DNA from: Octopus sinensis
Taxonomy: Eukaryota
Direction: 5' to 3'
Length of the DNA: 64,000 bases
NCBI RefSeq assembly: GCF_006345805.1
Contig: NC_043003.1
Location: 72,230,001-72,294,000, forward strand
The translations under genes and the position numbers were made by a program. The notes beneath the pieces were generated by a model, which had not been told where the DNA came from, made no database searches, and saw only the letters and a list, made by a program, of their open reading frames with translations. This document shows positions 52,700 to 64,000 of this stretch, piece by piece. Each line of letters opens with the position of its first letter. The first letter of the stretch is position 1.

Positions 52700-52910
52700 G
52701 CAAAGGCGGCGAGCAGGTAGAATCGTTAAGCACGCCGGGTAAACTGATTAGTGGCATTTCGTCTGTCTTCACATTCTGAGTTCAAATGCTGCCGGGGTCG
52801 ACTTTGCCTTTCATCCTTTCGGGGTTGATAAGATAAGTATCAGTTGAGCTCAGCGGTTGATGCAATCAACTTACCCCCTCCTCTGAAATTGCTGGCCTTG
52901 TGCTAAAATT
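52700..52910 (+). mobile_element. SINE S2
   Basis: S2 head and core. Confidence 0.8.
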
Positions 52911-53457
52911 GTCACATTACTAAGTGCAATAGTCGGCGCAAAACCGTCGGTAACATTCTCCCATGTGTGTGTGCGTGTATGTATGTTTGTGTGTATATAT
53001 GTGTCTATGTGTTTGTGTATGTGTGTGTGTGAGAAAGTGTATACTGAGGCACACCCACGTTCATCCAGCTTCCCCTCCCACTATTCCTGAGAGAGTCATG
53101 TGGTGGTTAGGGTACAGTCCATTGGGTCCTATCAGAAACAACCGCCATTACACTATCAGGTTGGATTCTCAAGCATGACCAACTGAAACTATGGATCTTA
53201 TCCAAGAATCTCATGCTTGGTCACCTGCCGGTTGGCTCTGCTTGTAGAATCTGTCGAGCGATTCTTTCTTGCAACTCTCTAATCACATGGCCGTAGCACC
53301 AGAGCTTGTCCACGTAATGCTTGTTTTAATTGGTGTATATAAATATATATTTGTGTGTGTGTGTACATGTATGGGCATATTTGTGTGTATGTGCATGTAC
53401 ATTCAACTGTTATTTTTGCTTTATTTTATCATTTGTCATTTTTGTCAAGGTGTCCAT

Positions 53458-53496
<39 letters not shown>

Positions 53497-53501
53497 TATA
53501 T

Positions 53502-53532
<31 letters not shown>

Positions 53533-55658
53533 TACATATACATATATATATGTATATATATGCATATATTTGTGTGCGTATATATATATATATATATACA
53601 TACATATGTGTGTGTGTGTCTGTGTCTATGTGTGCGTACGTATGTGTGTGTATGCGCGCACGCAGGTGTGAATATAAGGTGTGTGTATGGGAATTATACA
53701 AGTGTGTCTGTATGCGTATATCTCATTTATATTTCTTGTATTTGAAGTCACATTTCTTGACTCTCGTCTTGTACCTTTAGATGCATTTGTTAATTTTTTG
53801 AATTTTTTTACATAGATAAAAATAATTCTTCAGTTTTTAAGATTAAAAAGAATTTTTCACATGCAATGTTTCAACTAGCAATTTTTTTAACATAAAGTTA
53901 TTAACATAAATTAAAAATTTTTTAATGACTAATTTAAAAAAAAATATTATTTATTATCAATTATTTTTATTTCATAAAGAAATTTTTTTTTTTAATTGAA
54001 ATAATTTAAAATTTAATATAATATTATTGTTCAATGTTTAACATTTTTATTTCTAAATTTTAATTTCAAATATTTCATTTTCTTAATTTTTAAATTCTTA
54101 TTTTTCGGAAAGATCATTGTTTTTTGTTGCTAAACATACGCCCTATATTCGTTCTATATTAGTGTTCTTATTTTCTTATTGTCTGGAAATCTTTCTAAAT
54201 GGATTAAACAGAACAAGAGGATACACGTGGGATGGAAGAGTCTTTGAAGAGGTCATAGATATGAAGCGAAATATGGCCATACAATGGAAATAAAGATAAG
54301 ATAAGAACAATAATAAACAAATGAAGAACAAATATATATCGTGCGTGTGTTTATTTGGCAAAATAGATGCCCGTCACGAAATATAACAATTTCTGTTTCA
54401 ACACAAGATTTCACATTAGAAATCTTGCAAAACAAATTCATAAGCGCGAATTTTTTTTAGTTATTTTACTATTATTTCTTAACTTTTGAATCTTTGAATC
54501 TTAAAATTTATATTTTATATCTTTTAAATTCTTTACTTATTTATTTTTTTAATTAAATATATTTTTATATTTATCTTTATTTTTATTTTTCTCTGCTCTT
54601 CTGGCATACTCGTAACATTGCGTACAACTTTCAGAGATCTCAGAAATAAGGTGACTTCCACTTGTACAACCAACGTCATTCCAAATTTCTTACAAGCATT
54701 ACACTATAAACACACTTCTGATTTAATTGCAGCTGCTACTTTTTTATGTCGTGATGCAGTTTCCAAGTTGCTACAATTATTATTATAACAGCCATCTTAA
54801 AGATAATAGGATATATTGATGCAAGTAGATATATTTTATGAGATGCAATGGTACAACTTGATAAGAGTTCCCAGGGGATGATGGATACCATGGGATCTTT
54901 ATTGTCTATTTTTTACAAAGAAAACAAGGACAGGTTATTCGAAGCTCCCCTTCTTCAGTCAAGCACCAGATTATCTTCGCAATTTCGGCTGATATATATA
55001 TAGCTAGTGGTAGTCAAGCATTTTAAAATGTGGCCCGCGTACACCCGAATGAAATCGGGTTATAATGCCGAAACAAGTAAAATGATAATAAACTATTTTA
55101 ATCCGAAGCAAGGCCCGGTATATCTGTCTAATCTATAAAATGAAGGAGGCGAACGTTGATACAAATTGGATTCTTATGTAAAAAGGGGTCTAAATGGGGC
55201 TGGAAGGAGATTAAAATTTACAGGAGGGCGTAACTTGAGGTGGGAAATTGATTGCGAGAGGTTTTGGGGCGCTACAGTGGTTGGTTTGGTGTGGAAACTG
55301 GGATTTTATTGATTTTGTGGGACACTTGGGGGTCTAGATCGGACACCTTTTGCTCGATTTCAATCAAATTTTAAACATGGTAAAGTGGAAGCGGATTTGT
55401 AATTTAAGCGCGGAAATCTAATTATTTATAAATGGGAGAGAGATAGATAAAGAAAGATAGAATGTAAGAGAAAGCGAAGGAGCGTCCGAGAGAAAGGAAG
55501 AGTAAGAGATTGGGAAAGTGAGAAAGGAAAGAGAAACAAGAGAATGTGGCGATAAGAACAGAAAGGAAGCAACAGAAAGTAACAGCCACAACCTCACCCG
55601 CGCGTACATACATATATACATATACATACATGCATATATATATATATATATAATATAT

Positions 55659-55739
<81 letters not shown>

Positions 55740-55959
55740 TATATATATTTAAACACATAGTGCTACATATATTTTTGGAGAATGTATGTGGGTGGCGAGG
55801 CCTGTTGTTGTTAGCTGTTTTAGTTGTTTTAGTTTTTGACCTAGTGTTAAATGTATGTATGTGGGGTCTAGGTTGCGTAGGTGTTATGACCTTCCAGGGT
55901 TCCATCCACGAGTGTGTGTGGTTGGTTGCGATTGTGATGATTGGTGCGTGTTTGAGATG

Positions 55960-57185
55960 TGATTTGAGATATATATATTGATTGAGCCTGGTGTTATGGA
56001 TGTATTCTATTTGTTGGGAAATGCTGCTAGAGGCGAGTGCTTGATTGTAATATGGTGCGTGATTATTGAAAATTTCCTCAGTGAAAAGGTCGGATATTCG
56101 GGTTGAGGTGCCCTTGATTATGTTATCAAAAGTTGATTTGTGGTGATTGGAGTGGATGTTAAGATATTTAAGATATTGGTTAGGTTTGTGGTAAGGGGAG
56201 TATTGGGAAGTTGATAAGTTTAGAGTTACGTCAAGAAAGTTAGCAGTTTTGTGAGCGTTTTCGAATGTGATAAATAGGTTTAGGTTAGAGAAGAATTTAT
56301 GTAGATTCTTTCTAGTTCTTTCTAAGGAGGACTTATTTATGCTTTTGGTAACTAGTAAGGCATCGCCCCTGTATAGGCCTCCCTTGATGTTGGGGAAATG
56401 TATATGGAGTTGGTGAAGTATATAAAGACGAACTAAGTCAGTGACCTGAGCTGAATCAGAGGATCCCATGGTTATGTCGAATAGGTTGCTATTATTATTG
56501 ATTGGCCCGGCACCAGAGTTTGTTTTCAAAAGGAATTATGGTTTTGCAAGCATTAAGTATTATGTTAATTTCTAGTGTGGTTAGGTTAGGAAGGTTCCAA
56601 GCTAGAAGAAGGGCTTGATTTAGAAGTTTAGGAGAAATAGAAGAGTTATAACTATTTATGCCGAATTGTAGGAAGGAATATGAGTCTTTGATTTTTTAGA
56701 AAGTGGAACCATGTAATAACTTCACTAGTGTGGGACCATAGGTTAACATTTAATTTGTCCCTGACGATTGGTATTATTTTGTCTAAAATATTTTTGCTTA
56801 CCCTTCCTAGGTCGGATTTGGTGGGGCATTTTAGGCGTATTGAATATTTGGTAATAAAGTCCTTCTTGTGACCCTTGAGGTTAAAGGTGTAGAGCAGTAT
56901 GGTTCGGTTCGGTCATCCACTTGTAATTTACTCATAAGTTTGCAGTGGTTGGTGTTGATATTATTTAGGGCAGATGTTGGTGCCAGCTTGTAGGATTTGT
57001 TGAGTTCTTTCTTTATGAATTTATTGTATTCCTCAAGGGTAATGGGGTACATATTTCCTGTTTTATTCGAGAAGACATGTAATTTGGGTGTTGCAATGAT
57101 CCGTTTTATGGTGTTTGAGAGCTTTTTTGAAAGGGGGATTTATATTTGGAGAATTTAATGTTTCTAATTAAATTAATTATATCCG
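55960..57185 (-). mobile_element. Penelope-like element RT (FD.TMGS.D type, possibly Hydra clade)
   Basis: NIKFSKYKSPFQKKL..NKTGNMYPI..EYNK..DDRTE..; LFDITMGSSDSAQVTDLV.LYIL..GLYRGDAL..NFLDVTLNL..PYHKPN..YLNIHSNH..IFNNHAPYYNQAL. Long open stretch to about 55960; YRGD instead of YRDD. Confidence 0.9.
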
Positions 57186-57189
57186 CTTC

Positions 57190-57480
57190 AAATGTTTCGA
57201 TATGGGGGTTTGCTTAACCATTTTCTCACACTGTCTCCGACGAAGGGATATATGAAATATCCCGGAAACCTATTTATAAATGTCCTGAAATCTTTCACAG
57301 CCTTGGTTTTTTATCGCATTCTGAATTTTTTTTTATATATACATCTGCTGATATATGACCTATGTTGGACTCCTCATTCGCATAATTACCGAACCCGGAG
57401 CTTGGCTATAGTCTGTCCATAGCACTTACTAAGCATTACATGACACCTTTGAATCTCATTGACACCATAACCTCTCATAA
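57190..57480 (+). mobile_element. pLTR-like segment with a broken hammerhead (57237-57269), inverted relative to the adjacent RT
   Basis: CCGACGA A GGGATAT atgaa ATATCCC G GAAA C; stems III and I are not recoverable. Confidence 0.5.
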
Positions 57481-57507
57481 TCTCTCTCTCTCTCTCTCTC
57501 CATATAT

Positions 57508-57599
<92 letters not shown>

Positions 57600-57718
57600 C
57601 ATATACATATATATAAACTGAATTGTTACAAAATATTGAAATATATATATAAATTATGTAAAATAAGCATCACACGGAAACGGCCAGCTGGCTATACATA
57701 AATGACAAGGTTGATCGG

Positions 57719-58157
57719 TAGGTAAGTAGGTAGGTAGGTAGGTAGGTAAGTAGGTAGGTAGGTAGGTCGGTCGGTCGGTAGGTAGGTAGGTAAGTAGGTA
57801 GGTAGGCAGGCTGGCAGCCAGGTAGGTAAGTTAGTAAGTAGATAGGTGAATGGGAGGAAATGAAGAAGGCAGCTATTGTAATACAGAAGACACGGTTAAG
57901 ACACGCTCAATTGCATAAGAACTTTCGTTTGAATCAAACAGGTGTCCATGCAAGCACACTGGGACCGCTTTGTGGACACAAGCTGGTTGCCGCCCTTCCG
58001 TATCTGTTAAATGGTTCTTTTGTGTGCCTCTTTCAATATATCACCCATCCCTCTCGCTACATTATTTTGTGAAACTTCTACGTCTACACCCAGCAACTTT
58101 CTCCTCCTCCCCCTCATTCTACTACTACTACTACTACTGCTACTACTACTACTACTA

Positions 58158-58209
<52 letters not shown>

Positions 58210-58210
58210 A

Positions 58211-58259
<49 letters not shown>

Positions 58260-58272
58260 GCTACTACTACTT
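57719..58272. repeat. (GGTA)n tract 57719-57845 and (CTA)/(CTG)n tract 58118-58272
   Basis: Read directly. Confidence 0.9.
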
Positions 58273-61200
58273 TTCTTTTATATTTCTTCATCTTTTCCTT
58301 CCCTTTATTCTTTCTATAACAAATATATTTTGCTCGTTTAAAAACAAAAAGCACAGCAAATCCTGACTGTAAAAGACAACCGATATATATATATATAAGG
58401 GTATTTAAGCTTGTTATAGGGATATTTATTGCGTATATATATATATATATATGTATACAAACACACTACAACATCTACCATATCTATCCCCCCTCCCTCC
58501 GTCCGGCATACTTAAGGGAGATCAAGCAACCTTTTATAGTCTACATAATTTTACTGACCAAGTATATCTTTGATATGAAACAGTTGATCCGTCTCGTCTC
58601 TTCATCCATCATAGTAAATTGGTCGACAATAAAAAGGAACACAATAGAATTTTGATGAGTTGTTTGCTCGGGAGGAGAGTCAAAGATAGTCTATAGAATA
58701 GAGGTATTGAACTAGCATTCAAAGAAATGTTTGTTGGAGCTCACTCAGTGTCAGGACGATAAGACCCGTTTTAACAGAATTATATGTTTCATATTTGGAA
58801 CTTTTTAGAATTCTCCAGAATTTGGATTGTCCCACCATAGGGCAGTTGTCAAAATATTACACCTTTCGTAATGTTCATTCACTTAGCAGAGGCCACGTCA
58901 CAAATGATAACAACATTATCGATCTTTTTGCTATCTCAAGAGCCAACCTAACCACACGTCAAAAGAATTAAAATTTAAACATTTAATAAAATTAAACCTA
59001 GATATGTTGTTACTTCCAATAAAATCAGTGTTTAAACATTAAGAACATAAGTATCCAGCGAAGTTTAATCAACACAACCTTTTGAACAATATAATACGAC
59101 CCTTGAAAACGATACCATGAGAACCCATTTTGGCACCATGCAAACGGAGCTAATACAGTATGGAATTACAGTGACATTATTAAACAAGTGTTCAGCCATA
59201 CAAAAAAAAAATTCAAAATTTCTTTGCAGAAAATCCTTTTATAATTGATTTTAAGTCAGTGGTTTTTAGGTTATCGCTTCCTAAGTGTAGAAGTGTAAGC
59301 CAGTGTAAAGGCTGCTTGTCCCATTGCTAAAAAGTTTTTTTTTTTAATGACGCTCCATGAAATAGAAGACCTCTGCATAGAAGAAAGCGAATTACAGAAA
59401 TGCAACATATCAACGATCTATGCCTATGTTTCTCTGTGTGATAATGTTCAAGTAAATAAAAAGTCTACACTTTCAGTTACCTTGCCAAATTAAATGTGTT
59501 GTCGAGCGCTTGCCATTTTGATGTGTTGCAATTATGTTGCAATGTTTCAATTCATCGAATCCTGATTTAGCAAAGAAAGAATCTATCTTAGGCCGTTTAC
59601 GATATCCTGCCAGATGTTTCTCTCCTCCAGCCCAATCAGTTACTCGTCATCAGTTTAAAAGCTCGCTATAATGATCTTGACATAATGACGGTTTAGTGGG
59701 CCACTCTGTTAGTAATCTTAATGTTCTAGAACCCTGCATCTGTATCACGGATCGCAAACTTCATTGCTCTTCCAGATATGAGTATAACTTTAACTGGAAT
59801 GCTCCCAACAGCAGCAGAAACAGGTAATTGTACCACTGGTATGTCTACTGAAACTGATTGAGTTAGTATGAGGTTGGATGTAGATGGTGATAGTGTATTT
59901 CAAAAAGCAACACTAGTGGATGATGTTGCATTTGGAGCGATCTAAAATTTTACTACGGTAATTTTCTCCATTTTCTCCTTTTCTGTAGTTACTTTCTTCT
60001 TTTGTGTTTAACTTCTGTCGTACCAGGGATAGGTGGTATTTTTAGGAGATAACAAGTATATTCAGTGGAAGAAAAAATTGTATATTGCAAGAATGTGTTT
60101 GCTGAAAAGTGAAATGATGTATATTGATGAGAGATGTATATTATGTTGTTGTATCGTTCAAATAGTTCAAAACATATTCAAACATAGAATATGAGAATGA
60201 AGGAGACGATAACATTAAAATTTCAGGGCAGAACACTTAGTCGGAGAGTAAAGAAATATCGAATAGTGTCAAACCTTAAACTGGAATTGATGAGAGAGAG
60301 AGAGAGAGGGGGAGAGGGAGAGGAGTGAGAAGGGGATAGAGATGGAAAGAAGAGAAAGAGGTAGAGAGATTGAAAATATATGAGAGCAGTGATAACAAGT
60401 GTTAATGGTAAAATACGTGTGTACGTGTGCATTGAGAGGGAGAAGGGCAAACAACTGTATATATACACGTTCACCAAATAACAGGTATGTAGACTAAAGC
60501 AGAAATAAATGTATATATAAACGACTACGCACTCAGTCATACGTATGTTCATTTTTGTGCATAAGTGCGCGCGTGTGTATGTGTGTGTGTGCGTGCGTGT
60601 GTGTTAATAGTTTATAATATCCCATGATAGAAAACTCTATTTTTAATCTGGGCATCAAATATAGTTTTTTTTTTTAAATTAACGTGATGAGAGTTTAAGA
60701 CGAGGAGAGAAGTTTAGACCTTCAGATCTCTGGCCACTGTTTCGATTTCCCGTTGAATTCATGTTCACTTTATTTACATGCCTCTTAGGTAAAGGAGAAA
60801 CGAAACGATATTTTTATGTCTCCCTCCCAGTAAAATATAGCGTCTTTATGTCTAGTCATGACAAACTGGTATTTGTATTCAAAAGTACATGAAACAAATT
60901 ACCCAGAAGAAATACATTGCTCACATGCACATGGACATAGGCATTTATATACAGAAGCAACATACATACTGAGACAGCCTCATACACACAAAATCATTTT
61001 TGTATGCGATCAAAATATATCCATGAGCTGCAACGGTGATAAAGCCAGATAATTAGTAGTGTTAGGTAGAGGAGAAAGAAAACCTTGCATGGTTGGATTA
61101 TCTATCATTGCCAGACAGGTCTTCTAGCAGATCTGACAATTACAATAGTTTAAGGGATTTGTGAAAGATTACGATTTGTAACACGAGTTTTATCATTTGG

Positions 61201-61574
61201 TAGCAACTGTTATTTCCTATTTTCTTACCCTTACAAAGTATGAAAAATGAATAATATTTCCTTCAATTTTGTTACACTTATTCAAACCCAAGAAATCCGT
61301 CTCAACACATTGCTATGATGTTCCCTCACTACTCCTGTCATAATCAGAGATGCACATATTGTCAGCCACTAAAGGACATGCTCAAGTGTTGAAGGTCAAG
61401 CAACTGACAGGCAAATCTATGGTATTGAACAGAAATATTTGCTATAAGGAAGTCCAGTTTTTAAAGCTGATCCGAATCTTATCAATATCTTTTGTCGAAC
61501 CACTATGTTAAGGGGACGTAAACAAACTAACACCGGTTGTCGAGTGGTGAGAAGGGGAGACAGCATACTTTTCT

Positions 61575-62210
61575 ACACTAGGTACAAAGCCCGAAATTTT
61601 GGTCGATTAGATCGACCCAGTACGCAACTGGTACTTAATTTATCGACCCCGAAATGATGAAAGGCAAAGTCAACCTCGATGAATTTGAATTCAGAACATA
61701 AAGACAGAAGAAATATCGCTAAGCATTTTGCCCGGCGTGCTAACGTTTCTTATTTCTTTATTGCCCACAAGGGGCTAAACATAGAGGGGACAAACAAGAA
61801 CAGACAAACGGATTAAGCCGATTACATCGATCCCAGTGCGTAACTGGTACTTAATTTATCGACCCGAAAGGATGAAAGACAAAGTCGACATCGGCGAAAT
61901 TTGAACTCAGAACTTAAAGACAGACGAAATATCACTGAACACAAACAAGGACAGACAAACGGATTAAGCCCATTACATCGATCCCAGTGCGTAACTGGTA
62001 CTTAATTTATCGACCCCGAAAGAATGAAAGGCAAAGTCGACATCGGCGGAGTTTGAACTCAGAATTTAAAGACACACGAAATATTGCTAAGCATTTCGCT
62101 CGGCGTTATAAAGTTTCTTATTTATTTACTGCTTACAAGGGGCTACACACAGAGGGAACAAACAAGGACAGACAAACGGATTAAGTCGATTATATCGACC
62201 CCGGTGTGCT
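61575..62210 (-). mobile_element. SINE S2 tandem multimer (about four units)
   Basis: Repeated core and tail with junctions near 61745, 61935 and 62105. Confidence 0.85.
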
Positions 62211-62268
62211 AAAGTTTCTGATCCTAATCTTATCAAAATCTTTTGTCGAACCGCTGTGTTAAGGGGAC

Positions 62269-62354
<86 letters not shown>

Positions 62355-62739
62355 CAAGCACACAGAAACACGTACATTGATCATAAATTCATACATGTAC
62401 AAGATGAATTCCAGAAGATACTTTTGTTTTTGGGAGAGGCACCTATAACTGTAATAGATTAGTGTCATTTTAATATACCATTACTATGCACCTAATATGC
62501 TGACTTGACAACTTTTGTTATTCCAGATGGAATGAGACGACTGTAACAGTACTTTGAACGCAACATACTAAACACTGCTTGTCACAGCAGACTCGTTCAC
62601 AGAATGCACTCGAGACATGACAATATGGAAGCTCGCTATTCAATAATATCTTGTATTTGACGGAGCAAAAACGCTAAAAAAAAAATCTTAAGAAATGTTA
62701 CAGTCTAGTTGAGAAAGTCTAAAAACCGATGTCAAAACG

Positions 62740-63180
62740 AAAAAGAGACCAAGCAAAGCACATCTACCGAAGAACTTATGATGACCCCCTTTCTCGACAG
62801 CAAGGGCATCATTTACATCCACTGGGTTCCTTCTGACCAAGTACTTTGTGTAGAATTTCAGTGAATTCAGGAGATTTCGTTGCCAAAAGCCAGAGCACCT
62901 GCACCAGGACAACGCACCAGTCCACAGTTTCATCTTGATAACCAACTAATTGACAGAGATGTGCATCACAACTATTTCTCACGCCTCCTCAGTCCAAGTT
63001 TTGTTTCCCGCGACTTTTGATTGTTTCCCAAGCTGAAGGAGAAGAAGAGGAAGACTTTAACAAGGATCCTGAACTCCTTCACTCCTTGGAGTACTTCCCT
63101 GGGGCCTTCACGAAATGGCTTGAGCACTACAACAAGTACACTGAAGTCAGAGGAACTTACTTTGAAGGAAACTAGAATTT
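62740..63180 (+). mobile_element. mariner (DD34D) transposase C-terminal remnant
   Basis: FLDSKGIIYIHWVP; HLHQDNAPVHS..LTEM.ITT..SPS...DF.LFPKLK; GAFTKWLEHYNKYTEVRGTYFEGN*. Confidence 0.85.
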
Positions 63181-64000
63181 TATACTTCTTTGAAATGAAT
63201 AAAAATCCCCTAAGAAAATGTCTCAAAATTTCTACGTATTGTATATGTGCATGTCTCTGTAAGTGACTTTAAATGACGAAACCATTTAACAAGAAATTGG
63301 ACCAAACCTTCAATTCCCTCTTCACAGTTGAAAGAAACTGAAAACAACTCACATATTCAAAACTATGTTGTTGTGTGTAGAACATGTATCTAGGCGGTGC
63401 CTCAGTATGGCTGCAGTCTAATGAATGAAACAAATAAATATGGGTATGTATATTGCTTGTTTTTCTGTACAGTTATATATAAAATAGTTAACTTTATTTG
63501 AAGGAACAATCAAAACTTTTCAGCAGAGTATCATATTTATTTTATTTTTACAGGAAAAAGGTTGATAGTGACTCTAAATCGAGAAATCATCAAGAAACAT
63601 CTCATTCGGCATTTGTGTTCATTTTCGTTCAATGCCTGCTGTTAAGACGTCGACTGTTACCCGTTTTGTATCGTAAACTTTAGCTTTGAAGTATACCCAT
63701 AATAAACTCTAGTGGTCTGGTGTCCGGTGAACGCGGAGGATATACTATTGAAACTCTTCGTCTAATCTACGTTTCTGGCAAAATCTCAAGGTAGACCCTT
63801 ACACTACTACAGTAGTGTAAAGATGCCCCATCTTGCTGGAAATAAAACTTGACATCTTCAAAGTCCTCTTGAATGTTGGTATGATAGATTGAGCAACATC
63901 AAGTAAATGAAACTAGTCACAATGCCGTTAAAGAAGAATGGTCTAATTAGTCCTTTTGATGTAACTCCTGATGAATTAACTAGGTGTTCCTCCGAAACTA

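Noticed and set aside
54238-54285. TTGAAGA..TCATA/TATGA..GAAA TATGGCCATA hammerhead-like relic
   Set aside because: C3 and U16.1 are both altered and there is no stem I; not counted.
54930-54960. Minus-strand CTGAAGAAGGGG..CTTCGAATA
   Set aside because: GAAA is mutated and the stems are implausible.
55003-55390. DINE/Helentron-like non-autonomous element
   Set aside because: Only loose resemblance of subterminal motifs; boundaries could not be fixed.
57860-57920. AAIVIQK as an IQ motif
   Set aside because: The rest of the IQ consensus is absent and the region sits between microsatellites.
59610-59655. Minus-strand CTGATGACGAGTAA ... AGAAACATCTG
   Set aside because: No stem II partner; lies next to a probable degenerate RTE tail.

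Overview
Repeat-saturated, microsatellite-rich animal genomic DNA with no host gene I can identify. The SINE families and (TA)n/(CA)n/(TATG)n density look like octopus, but that is inference. Most ORFs in the supplied track are microsatellite artefacts. The real coding signal is all transposon-derived. It includes a near-intact 5'-truncated CR1-clade LINE (43685-46423), fragments of Tx1/L1, RTE and R4-like LINEs, mariner, DD37D and Tigger-type DNA transposons, a Helitron helicase fragment, and Penelope-like elements (PLEs) that appear to come from several lineages. One PLE has the permuted Naiad-type layout, with GIY-YIG upstream of RT (2809-4780). The most striking signal is non-coding. There are about nine type I hammerhead ribozyme (HHR) motifs of PLE style. 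Four of them sit in the loop of short ORF-less cassettes (about 320-430 bp) that are closed by inverted repeats and abut microsatellites (25416-25737, 29046-29393, 42187-42612, 42815-43201). The four cassettes share architecture but no obvious sequence. All alignments were done by eye; no database search or folding program was run.
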